Assembly (NCBI RefSeq): GCF_008831285.2
Contig: NC_045138.2
Span: 43,338,001-43,402,000 of the forward strand
Direction of reading: 5' to 3'
Source: Nymphaea colorata
Taxonomy: Eukaryota
Length of the DNA stretch: 64,000 bases
Below, in pieces: positions 11,348 to 22,178 of the stretch. Positions within the stretch are counted from its first letter, which is position 1, and each line of letters starts with the position of its first letter. The notes under the pieces are model-generated. The model worked only from the letters and a program-made list of their open reading frames with translations, ran no database searches and was not told where the DNA came from. The position numbers and the translations under genes are program-made.

Positions 11348-14300
11348 TTAAACATATCCAGGAGGCATACTCATATAGACCTCTTCTTCTAGATTGCCAT
11401 TCAAGAATGCGTTCTTAACATCAAGTTGATCCATGCTCCACCCCTTTTTCACGGCAAGTGCTAATATGACCCTCACAGTTTTCAGTTTGGCAACAGGTGC
11501 AAAGGTTTCAAGATAATCAATACCATATTTCTGGCTAAACCCCTTTGCAACAAGCTGAGCCTTATACCTTTCCACAGTACCATCTGGTTTGTACTTCACG
11601 TTGAACACCCACTTTGAACCAACTAAATGAGTCCCTTTGGGAATATCCACAACTTGCCAAGTGTCATTCTTTGCCAAGGCATTCATCTCCTCTGTCATGG
11701 CCTGTAGCCATTTATGATCCTCTCTAGCATCTTCCACACACCTGGGAATAACAGACTTAGACAAGGATGTTATAAAGCATTTGTAATCCTTACTCAATTT
11801 CGCATAAGAGACAAATCTCTGAATAGGATGAGAAGTGCAAGACCTGGTGCCCTTGCGCAGGGCTATAGGAAGCTCTTCATTGATTAGACTTGGGTCATCC
11901 GGGGAGCTCACAGGATTGGGATTGGTTACATCAACATTTTCAATCACATCTGTCTTCTTCCTTCTGTACACCTGGCCAAACAAATGATCACGGGCTGTAG
12001 GCTGATTATCATCAAGACCCTCGTCCATGTGACGGTCTCTATCATCTCTGACTGTGTCTGCCACACTTTCACTGGCCTTGTAATCCAAGAAATCCGTAAA
12101 CTGAATCAACTGATTTGAGGAATACTCTTCACTACTGTGTCCTAGATACTCCCCCTGAAGAGGATTCACATGAAAGTATGCCTCATGTTCATGGAAGGTG
12201 ACGTCCCGGGAAACATAGACTTTAGAGGTGGTAGGATCAACACATTTGTATCCCTTCTGAGTGGAGGAATACCCCAGGAAGACAGCCTTGACAGACCGAG
12301 GATCAAGTTTCTTGAGGGTGGGACTATGGTCATGAACAAAACAGACACACCCGAACACCCGAGGAGTAAGAGGCCAGGGATTCTGAGAAGGCCAAAGCAT
12401 AGAGTACGGGGAATGGCCCTGCAACACACGGGTAGGCATACGGTTGATAAGGTGGGCACTAGTGAGAAGCGCATCACCCCAGTAGCGCTTGGGAACCTGT
12501 CGATGGAACAGAAGAGCCCGGGTAACATTAAGCAAATGGCGATTCTTTCGTTCAGCCACGCCATTTTGGGGAGGTGTGTAACTACATGACGTTTCATGGA
12601 CAATACCCTTGCTCTTCAAGAAATCATCTAGGGATTGAGAGACATACTCTCGAGCATTATCGGTGCGAAAAGCTTGGACAGACGTCTGAAACTGAGTCTC
12701 AACAAAGGCCACAAAATTTTTTACAATAACGGGAACTTCACTACGTTCTTTCAACAGATACACGAACGTACAACGGGAGTAATCATCAATAAGGGTCATA
12801 AAGTAATGAAAACCACGACAAGTGGGTACTCCCGAAGGACCCCAAACATCAGAATGAACCAAAGCAAATGGACGAGTGGTTTTATTGAATGAAATAGGGT
12901 ACGAGGCCCTAACATGTTTAGCTAACTGACACACTTCACAGGTGAAGGAGTCCATGGAAACAGAATGAAACAAACTAGGAAACAACTTCTTAATCAATGG
13001 AAACGGAAGATGACCAAGCCGCTCGTGCCATCGCATAATAGTAGATCTGTCTTCCATGCCTGACAACTGTCCACTAGTGGCTGAAATAAGAGCGGACGCA
13101 ACCTGCACAGGCAGTCTGTAGAGTCCATCAATAGCCGAACCAATCCCAATCTTCTGCCCCGTCACCAAGTCCTGCAGAAAACACCGATCAGCAGAAAAGA
13201 TCATATTACAGTTGAGCTCTTTAGTAATACTGCTGACAGATAACAAATTCACAGGAATATTGGGAACATGAAGAGCATTATGAAGACAGTATTTATTTAA
13301 CAAGGACAAACTCCCTTTTCCAGCCACAGAGATAGAAAAACCATCAGCCATAGATACACGTTGCTGCCCCGAAGACAATTTGTATTCTTGGAACATCTTA
13401 GGGTCCCCTGTCATATGATGCGTAGCACCACTGTCAACAATCCAATCACCATGTGAGGAAGTACCTTGGTCACTAGTGGCCACGAGAGCTTGGGCTAACT
13501 TAGCCCCCTCAGACGTGGAAGTATCCTCCTGAGTAGTAGACAGCCGGCTGATATACGCTTGCAGTTCTTTGATTTGATCGGAGGAAAGCTTAGATTTGGC
13601 AACATTTGAAGGACTACTCTGACTAGGCTCAGGCACAGAAGGACTCCGGCGGCTAGAAGGAGGACGACCCCGGACAAGCCGCCTCTCAGGATGAAGATCC
13701 CAACAAAAATCAACAGAATGTCCTGATTTGTTGCAATGGCTACACCGCCGAACAGGACGCTGTCCAATCCCAGAAGCACGACTAACAAAGGCTGAAGGAG
13801 AACTCCCCTGACTGGTGTCAATATGCATCACCTGTCGACGCTGTTCCTCAGATTCCACACGGGCATACACCTCTTCAATTCCGGGGACCTCATCACAATT
13901 GAGAATTTGGCTCCTAATGGATTCAAATTCATCGCGTAAGCCTCCGAGGAAAAGAAACGTCCGATCCATCCACTCTTTGTCCCAGTACAAGGCATGATCA
14001 GACCCACAGTGCCAGTCATCATTCACATGGTAGTCAAGTTCCTCCCACTTAGTCTTTAGGGCTGCAAAGAAAGCGGCTACAGACAAGTCACCCTGTTTAA
14101 GAGAGTATATGCTACGTTTGATTTGGTACGTACGCAATACTCTCTTCTTACGGCCATACATCCGTGCAAGCACAGTCCACATGTCGTAGGCAGTCGATTT
14201 ACGCAAGATCAAAGGCTGAATATCTGCAGAAACAGAACTAATAATCCATACTTTAACCTGACTATCTTCCAACGTCCAAGTAGCCCATCGCGGATCGGTT

Positions 14301-14500
14301 TTTGAAGGTGCAGGCTTCTCCCCAGTGATGTAGGGCAGGCGACCACGACTGGTTATCCCAATTTCTAGGGCAGTCGACCAAGAGAGATAGTTATCCTTGT
14401 TCAGCCAGATGGAGGTGACTTGAACAGGCAAGATCTCGCTCTTGGTATTGCTGCCCGAGTCTAGGGCATCATCGATCTTGAGGGACATCTCCTCGGCCAT
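11348..14500 (-). CDS. Copia gag-protease-integrase-RT(N-terminal part) polyprotein, ends at a premature TAA
   Basis: [14 protein letters not shown] zinc knuckle, WIVDSGAT protease, WHERLGH/HSDVWGP integrase, [13 protein letters not shown]; probable start MAEEMS at 14500. Confidence 0.9.
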   Translation of the reverse strand: MAEEMSLKIDDALDSGSNTKSEILPVQVTSIWLNKDNYLSWSTALEIGITSRGRLPYITGEKPAPSKTDPRWATWTLEDSQVKVWIISSVSADIQPLILRKSTAYDMWTVLARMYGRKKRVLRTYQIKRSIYSLKQGDLSVAAFFAALKTKWEELDYHVNDDWHCGSDHALYWDKEWMDRTFLFLGGLRDEFESIRSQILNCDEVPGIEEVYARVESEEQRRQVMHIDTSQGSSPSAFVSRASGIGQRPVRRCSHCNKSGHSVDFCWDLHPERRLVRGRPPSSRRSPSVPEPSQSSPSNVAKSKLSSDQIKELQAYISRLSTTQEDTSTSEGAKLAQALVATSDQGTSSHGDWIVDSGATHHMTGDPKMFQEYKLSSGQQRVSMADGFSISVAGKGSLSLLNKYCLHNALHVPNIPVNLLSVSSITKELNCNMIFSADRCFLQDLVTGQKIGIGSAIDGLYRLPVQVASALISATSGQLSGMEDRSTIMRWHERLGHLPFPLIKKLFPSLFHSVSMDSFTCEVCQLAKHVRASYPISFNKTTRPFALVHSDVWGPSGVPTCRGFHYFMTLIDDYSRCTFVYLLKERSEVPVIVKNFVAFVETQFQTSVQAFRTDNAREYVSQSLDDFLKSKGIVHETSCSYTPPQNGVAERKNRHLLNVTRALLFHRQVPKRYWGDALLTSAHLINRMPTRVLQGHSPYSMLWPSQNPWPLTPRVFGCVCFVHDHSPTLKKLDPRSVKAVFLGYSSTQKGYKCVDPTTSKVYVSRDVTFHEHEAYFHVNPLQGEYLGHSSEEYSSNQLIQFTDFLDYKASESVADTVRDDRDRHMDEGLDDNQPTARDHLFGQVYRRKKTDVIENVDVTNPNPVSSPDDPSLINEELPIALRKGTRSCTSHPIQRFVSYAKLSKDYKCFITSLSKSVIPRCVEDAREDHKWLQAMTEEMNALAKNDTWQVVDIPKGTHLVGSKWVFNVKYKPDGTVERYKAQLVAKGFSQKYGIDYLETFAPVAKLKTVRVILALAVKKGWSMDQLDVKNAFLNGNLEEEVYMSMPPGYV

Positions 14501-15826
14501 CACAATCACCAAGGAGAAAGAATACCCAGCACCAGAGATGACAAACAAGAGGCAGCGGCGCTGGACGGCGGCGGTGCGGGAGAGAGCGACGGCGGTGGGC
14601 AGCGGTGGCGCGGGACCGCGGCGGCGCTGAAGTGGGCGACGGCGGCGCTGGACAGCGGCAACGCAGCAGAGAACAACCGCGCTGGACGATGGCGGCGCAG
14701 CTGGCAGTGCTGGACGGCGGCGGCGCAGCAGCGGCAGAGGAAAAAAACGGCGGAAACAGCAGCGGCAAAAAAACGGCGGAAACACGACTATCACACCAAC
14801 GATCTCTCACGCGTTGGCTCTGATACCATGTAGAAACACACACCAAGATGGAGAGAAAGAGAAGGAACACACAATATACGTGGAAAACCTCAAAGAGAGG
14901 TGAAAAACCACGGAGAAGCTCTAGCCTAGGTGCACAACCGCAACCCTAGGAGAGAGAAAATCTTATATCACTTAATCAACAATTACACTATAAGTGAGAT
15001 TAAATAAGAGGGAAAAACGCCTAGGGTACCGAGCCACTCTCGGTACCCGTGCCCATGGGACCGGGTCTGGATCCAGACCCGGTTCCCTACACATGATATG
15101 TTAACAGCATGCAAGTTTATTTAGACATGTGAGATGAACTAAGATGAAAGCAGATCAAGTTGAATGATACTCCACATATTAAATAATTACAAATGTTGCC
15201 ATTCAAGCATCAAATTCACAATAAAGGTGTGGTCTTTCCATACTTGAGGCATGAACAAGCAGAAATGGTAAGTATCCATAACATTTGCTATTAGGAATCC
15301 GAACATAAAAAACTTCCACTACATGCTCATGTTACGGTGTGCATGTGAATCATGTCATCATAAGCTATTGCTTTTTACTGATACTTGTTATTCCTAACTA
15401 TGTGTAGTTTATTCAATAGAATTAAATAGTGACAGGTTCGAAGTATTTTGGCAACATGAGAAATAACCTGGGATAAGCACCGAGAACTACTTGTTGAATT
15501 GTAGGTTTTATGGGGGATGTGCAATGTGAAATAACTACACTTTATGTGATGTATGATGTGAAAAATATCATGCAATGTGAATTTCAATCAGATTAAGGGA
15601 TCTAAACATGAAACAGAATATGTAATGAGAATGTGAAACAGCTTATGGGTGATAAAACATGTATATCTATGTGTGCATATATGTAGATATGCTCGTAGCC
15701 ATCTTTTGTCAAAATTTTGGCCAATTACACACAATTATGATGTGTTATGTGCAAATAGAAATGTGTCACGTGTAAACATTTACATTTATTTTCATTGCAA
15801 TCTGGAAATAAGATCATTAAATACTG

Positions 15827-15872
<46 letters not shown>

Positions 15873-16958
15873 TGCACACACTCTTATGAAAACAGGTTCA
15901 ACTCTGTAGATATAATATGTTGATTTTGTGTGTGAACAGGTCACATATACATATTTATGTATTTAAGTTCTTGCATGATATAGATTGAATTCCAAGCTGT
16001 AAACAAGTTTATGGACCTTTTATTGAACGGTCCATCCAAATCCAAGTTCGTACTGCTTATTTGACCTCAAATCTGAGCATTTCATAACTTGTACTTCAAA
16101 TAAACAAGTACTTGTTTTAAAACAATATCATCAATTTTAAGTCCATCTATTCAAGTCCAAATGCATTATGTCCACGAAAGGCCAATTTGGGTTCTCTTAA
16201 AATAGATTACACTAGCATTGGAGTTTTTTTGTGGAAAAGCAGGCTAATAAATGCACCAGATTACAACATTCAATATATTGTTCTTGTGACTATTTCAAAG
16301 GAATCAAACATTAGACAGTGGCATAGTATGTCTCTGTTCCAACCAATGCAAATGCTGGACAACAGAACAAGCTAAGTAGTTGTATATAGACTACAAACTA
16401 GAGGAGATAAAAGGGCAAGATATTGTTGTGTATCACATAATACAATTTGCTACAAGTGTTTCAACAATATAGAGCACGCAGAATCAGTCAGCCTAGTGAA
16501 CATAAGTACATTAACTTGGAAACTGCAAGACCAGCTGACGCACACCTATGATCAGAAACAATTAAGAGGTACATGCATTTTACTTCTTTAAGACATTAAG
16601 GGAAAAAAAAAACAAAGACTAAGTACTGACCTGCTGGTTGCCTGGAATTAGAAGCACTTATGTGGGCTAGGATTATGACTGGGGAGCCTAGGCAGGCAAT
16701 GTAGCTAGCAAAAGGAAGGGGTTTTTGTCTACAAACAGTGAATGTGAAGGAACTAGGGTTTCTTGAACACAATGGCACCAATAACGTCCACTGTCTCCAG
16801 AGGCATATTCCTATATAATAAGGTCACAATGCACATGCTACATGTTAACATGCCATTCACTGTACAATGTGAAATTACCTGTCAAACTCTTGGCAAATCC
16901 AACGTTAATCATACTTATGTAACAATTCTCAAGAACTATGAACGATAGGTGAATGTAC

Positions 16959-17004
16959 CTCAATAGTTGGGCTTCTTGTTGCTTCTGAAGCAAAACCAAA
17001 GAAC
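16959..17004 (-). CDS. PUS3: tRNA pseudouridine(38/39) synthase, exon 5 (RFFGFASEATRSPTIE), 46 nt
   Basis: gttag acceptor and gtac donor; phase 2 in, phase 0 out; continues the YFGxRFxGFAxE...PTIE motif. Confidence 0.9.
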
Positions 17005-17145
17005 CTAACAGTGGAACAAAAGATTAAAATCTAAGTGATTAAAGCACATTTTACTACCTATAAAAAGAGAAAATAATTAGTAACACATGCACCAGTATAG
17101 GTCATACATATCATAGTCACCAATAATCCATCCATTAGTTTTATG

Positions 17146-18264
17146 CTATGTCACACGGATACGGCTGGGAAGGTCAAGTACCGGCGTCGACACGCCGACA
17201 CGGGGATCCCGACACGGGGACACCGCAGGATACGTTTTGGATCGGGTCTGGGTCAAACCCGATCCAAACCAACCCGATTTTCTTTTAAACCGTCGTTTTC
17301 TCTTTACGCGACTTTACCCTCCGACAGTCGACTTTCCTTACCTCGACGACTTCCACGGCAGCACAGTTCGGCAATGGCGGGCGACGGCGACGGCGACATC
17401 TGGTGGCGTCCGGCGACAGACAGGTAAGTGTTTTATCTATTATTTTCGACATTAGAAGTTAGGGTTTCAACTTTCATTTGGGGATTTTTTAGATTGGGTA
17501 TTTCTTACCGATTTTGGGATGTTTTGGTTTGAAGATTGGACGGTTAAGGATCCTATTCTTCACTGCTATGTGCGATATTTTCTTTTTTTTGTTTGATTTT
17601 GGGATTTGGGGATTTTGCCTTCGTTGTTGTTGATGATGCTAGATATGTAGTCTTCGTTGTTGTTGATGATGCTAGATATGTAGCCTTCGTTGTTGTTGAT
17701 GATGCTAGATATGTAGCAGGTTCAGCTACATAGTCGATCGCAGCTAGATATTATAGATGAACTCGGCTGTTGTTGGGAAATTAATGATTCTATTGGCTTC
17801 TAGCATGCAATCTAGATGGCATTAACATATAAAATGTTAATTTTAGAAGTTTATAACATGATAGTATGCATATTTCCTCGGCTGTTTTATTTCAGACGTT
17901 TTATGTTCATTATATGTTTTGTAACTGCATGTTTATGTTCATTATATGTTTAATGTAGTATGGCGAGGAAAGGAAAAACAGTGTCTCAGTCTCAACCTAC
18001 AAGTTGTGGTTCTGGAGGTTCTGGATCAGCTGCGTCTATTGCACAGCCACTTTGTTTGAGACTTTCTTGCTTATGTCTTAGCAGTTATCACTTTTGAGAT
18101 TGGTGATGAACAATGTTTTGTTTGAGACTTTCTTTATTATCATTTTTAATTTTTTTGAATATAATATTCGCCGTATCCGCGTATCCTAAAATTTGGAAAA
18201 TGCCGTGTCCCCGTACCCGTACCCGTATCCATAGGATACCCGTACCCGTATCCGTGTGACATAG
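17146..18264 (+). mobile_element. non-autonomous hAT DNA transposon (deletion derivative)
   Basis: Perfect 19-bp TIRs CTATGTCACACGGATACGG / CCGTATCCGTGTGACATAG; 8-bp TSD GTTTTATG at 17138-17145 and 18265-18272; subterminal CCGTA repeats. Confidence 0.93.
17619..17717. repeat. 33-bp tandem repeat x3 inside the hAT element
   Basis: cttcgttgttgttgatgatgctagatatgtag(t/c) starting at 17619, 17652 and 17685. Confidence 0.9.
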
Positions 18265-18780
18265 GTTTTATGGGAAGGTTCTTATCAAGAACTTTTCTTC
18301 AAGATGTGGCTTTTTTTCAAAGATATAAAGAACTCTCTCTCTCCCCCCCCCCCCCTTCTTGCTCAATCGTGTTATACATACACACACACAATACATTACA
18401 TACATCTATATATATATAGAGAGAGAGAGAAACAGGTATTTGCCATGACACTTAATTTCCAGATATTTGTGGAATCATATGGGCCGAATCCAATGGCTCG
18501 GATGAAGAGCCATCTTTTAACTTTTCTCCTCTCCATTTTTCCGCCTTGTTTAAAATGTGAAAAAGCTCGCTCTCTCTCTCCCTCTCTCTGTCATCCCGCC
18601 CCCCCCCCCCCCCTCTCTCTTTTGTGCAAGCCGTGGAACAGCCTCTCGGTGCCTTAGACAGATAATCACGCGCAGACAGGGCTGCAGGCTACTCAGGCAG
18701 ACTTTATTAAAATCTTATTATATAAACCCTCTGTCTCTCTTAATATCATCCATATTGGATTAGTGGGGAATAATTTTTAG

Positions 18781-19510
18781 ATAACCTTTGACGTTAGCCA
18801 AAAACCAAAGCCCTACCCTCAGCCACAGGATTTGGCCAAATTTATTCATACAAGAAGAGCTTTGAGATTAAAGGTTCTCGTTCAAAAAGGAATGATCTTT
18901 CTAAAAAAAAGCATTTGTTTGCATCATTCATCTAACAATAGATGTATGATCTTAAGCTACAGCAAAAGAAAGAACGCCAAGGTGACAGAGAAATTCCAAC
19001 AATTTGTGGACAAAATTGAAAAAGGCGATCTTAGGAATGATCCAGAGATGCATAAGCCTTTTTGTCAATTCAGAAAGCACCCTACAGCTATGTGCTATAT
19101 GTGCAGACGAAAATTGAAGGAATGAATGCGGAAAAGGAGTCGTCCAAGATGACAAAAGTGACTTTTCCTTCTAAAAAGAAGAAAATTTTTTCTTAAGAAT
19201 TGTACTAACTATGTTAAGAATTGTACTAACTATGTAACCACAAAACGACAGGAAGCTCCTCAAAAAAGAATCTTTGAATACAGTAATGCCAGCAACCATG
19301 TAGTCGAGAGACCGAGCAACCACCACAGTCACCATGATCGTCGCACTGATTACAAGAAGCGTCAAAAGTCACCAACTATTGATGGCTACCCAACAAAATA
19401 AAACAGTAAAAGGCTCCATTATCGGAGTAGTAGTGTACAAACCGACAAAATGTAAATGTGTCGCATAAAGGAAGTGGGTGGGCCACTATAAACCCTTATG
19501 TGATTCTTCA
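18781..19510 (+). other. probable endogenous pararetrovirus (Caulimoviridae) fragment: C-terminus of TAV/P6-like ORF plus promoter-like region
   Basis: ORF ending at 19125 (...EKFQQFVDKIEKGDL...HKPFCQF...MCYMC) resembles the caulimovirus P6 C-terminal zinc-finger region; A-rich composition; ccacTATAAAccc near 19485. Confidence 0.5.
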
Positions 19511-19659
19511 TTCTTGCTTCGTAGTGTTCCTTTTTTTTATGATTTATGAATATGTTATTTTGTTTGTATATATATATATATATGTGTGTGTGTGTGAATA
19601 TGTTATTCTGTTTGAAATTTTTTGACATATATATGTATATGTGCGTGTGTGTGTATGGC

Positions 19660-19729
19660 CGTACCCCCGCACCCAAGTTTTTTAAAAATGGTATGTACCT
19701 GTACCCGCACCCATACCTATGTGACGTAG
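19660..19729 (+). mobile_element. orphan 3' end of an hAT element related to 17146-18264
   Basis: ccgtacc...cccatacctatgtgacgtag matches the subterminal region and TIR at 18176-18264. Confidence 0.6.
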
Positions 19730-22178
19730 GTGCAGGGTCATTAGATGATGGATTCCTTCTTTAATATATGAGAGGAGGATCTTTAAACCATGGAATGGAG
19801 GGATTGGAACAGGTGGGTGATGATGACAAAAGAAGGGACTCAAGTGGAATGGGAGGAATTGGAAGTGGAACAGAAGGGGGCATCTCAAACTTTGGAAATG
19901 AAGGACTTGTAGGAAAGAATGGAGAAGACTCGAGAAAGGTTACATTGGCACTGACAAACTCTTGATTAGATATAGGATCTAAGCATTGATACCCTTTTTT
20001 ATTTCTAGGGTATCCCACAAATACATATTTACTTGCTTGCGCAGCTAGTTTATCTCGATTAGGTCCAAGTTTATGTACAAAGCAAAGCATATGCATCCAA
20101 ACACGTGGCGGTAAAGAGAACAAAGCCTTGTTTGGGTAGAGAATTTGAATTGGAATCTTGTTGTCTACGGAAGAGGATGGCATTCTATTTATTAGGTAAC
20201 ATGCAGTCAAAATTGCATCCCCCCAAAATTTGAAAGGCATATGTGAATGAATCATGATCGTACGGGCAATATCCAATAAATGGCGATGTTTTCTTTCAAC
20301 TACATTTTGTTGAGACGTGTGAAGGCATGTAAAATGTGGCACGATACCATGGGATTTATAACATTCAAGTAGAGAACTAGATTTGAATTTGAGAGTATTG
20401 TCAGTGCGAATAACCTTGACACAGGAATTAAATTGAGTTTTTATTTCCAATATGAAAGATTTCAAGATACAAGAAGCTTCAGTTCTGTTTTTCATCAAAA
20501 AAACTCATGTGACACAAGAGAAATCATCAACAATGGAAAGATAATAAGGAAACGACAAGCGACTTGTAACCTGACTAGGCCCCCAAGCATCAACATGAAC
20601 TAAATCAAATAAATTTCGGCTAGACTGACTTTGACTCGATAGAAAGGAAGTATGACTATGCTTGCCCAGTTGACGAGCTTCACACTCGATAGAAGTTAGG
20701 GAATGATGGATGACCCAATCTGAGATGCCATTGGAAAGCACTTGAAGATGAATCAACTAAGAATGATGTCTTCTTATCCGATGTATCCAAGAAGTAGATT
20801 TCATCTCTCATGGCCTCCACCAATCTTGCTCCCAGTCGATAGATCCTGAAATACACAAGTAACTGGGTTAAAAGTAACTTGGCAATTCATCTCTTTAGTT
20901 AGTTTGCTAACAGATAACAAATTCTTTGGGAATTCAGGAGTATATAGCACATCAAGAACATGAAAAGATCAAGATAGATAAACATCTCCAAGCCCTTCTA
21001 CCGGAGATAGCCTTCCATCTGCCAATCGAACTTGCTGAGGGGAACTAAATTTCTGCAGGTTTGAAATACTAGTATCTCCACAAAAGTGTTTAAATGCTCC
21101 AGAATCAATTATCCAACAACCATTAAAAGAAGTTCTACCTGCAGAATATGTTGAATTTGTGATAGCTGTAGATGCCGATGAGGTAAAAGGTGTAGTATTT
21201 GATCGATGCTCCATAATTAAATCAAGTTCAGCCGGACTTAAATTAAGAGATGTAGCATCTACTGAAGCAGCTGTGGGATTCGCCTTAGGAACAATACTGA
21301 TATACTGTGTGTTTGGAGTAAAACTAGATAAAGATGTCACAGTCGAAGATGCGAATGAGTTAGGTTTACCCACTTTGTTCCAGCACCTATCCTCTAAGTG
21401 GCCAAGACGGCCACAATATGTGCATTGAAGTCTTCCACATCCTCCAGGACTCCGGCCTCTTCCTCTACCACTGGAAGAGTATATAGTCCACTTCTTCCTC
21501 CTCCAAATGAGGCAAAGGCAGATGACTGTGAGTTGTTTGAGGATGGAGGAACAGTACCAGCCAATCTGTTTAGCCTATTGAAGGCCTCATCAAAATCAGA
21601 AAAAATCTGAATTTGTAAGCATTTGAGCCTTGGCTGCAAAATAATCAGCAGATAGTCTGCAAAAAATTTAACAACAAACATTTGCTCCATGTGAGATTTG
21701 AGACAATGCTTACAGGGCGGTTTTAAGAAGTTCATATTTTCATAAGTGAACTTCAACTTTGTAAAGTATTCAGTTAAATCCACGTCATCTGGATGCATTT
21801 GTAACGATTCTTGCTGAACTTGTAAAATTTTGTTGATGTTTTTGTCTTGAGAGTATGTTTGCCGGAGAGAATTCCACATATATTATAATAACAAAGCCCT
21901 GCTGCAATGTGAAGCTGAGTGCTATTCATAAGTCAAGCACTAATTATGTTGTTTTCTTCCTCCCACCATGTGTATTTACCAATCTTTTCAACTCGTTCAT
22001 CTTCTTTCAATACATATTTCTTCCCATGTTATTTCTTCCCATGTTATTTCTTCCCATATTATGGCCTATACATCATAGTTGGCTCCATCAGGTTTGATAG
22101 TAGATCCAAAAGAAAATGGATTTGAGAAAGTTTTGTAATCGACACCAGCCTCTGATTGCTGATTTCCAGATTCAGTTC

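Larger units (their letters stand above)
9930..15106 (-). mobile_element. Ty1/Copia LTR retrotransposon, full length and young
   Basis: 278-bp LTRs 9930-10207 and 14829-15106 with 2 mismatches seen; TSD GCATG at 9925-9929 and 15107-15111; PBS 14817-14828; PPT about 10208-10218. Confidence 0.97.

Noticed and set aside
14501..14794. N-terminal ~98 aa of the 1148-aa ORF
   Set aside because: Non-ATG start in the GC-rich Copia leader; the related element begins gag at the position equivalent to 14500.
14817..14828. tRNA-Met-complementary 12-mers (also 9117, 22489, 32147, 59674)
   Set aside because: Primer-binding sites, not tRNA genes; no cloverleaf.
17619..17717. 33-bp repeats as a CRISPR array
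   Set aside because: No spacers, eukaryotic context, and located inside an hAT element.
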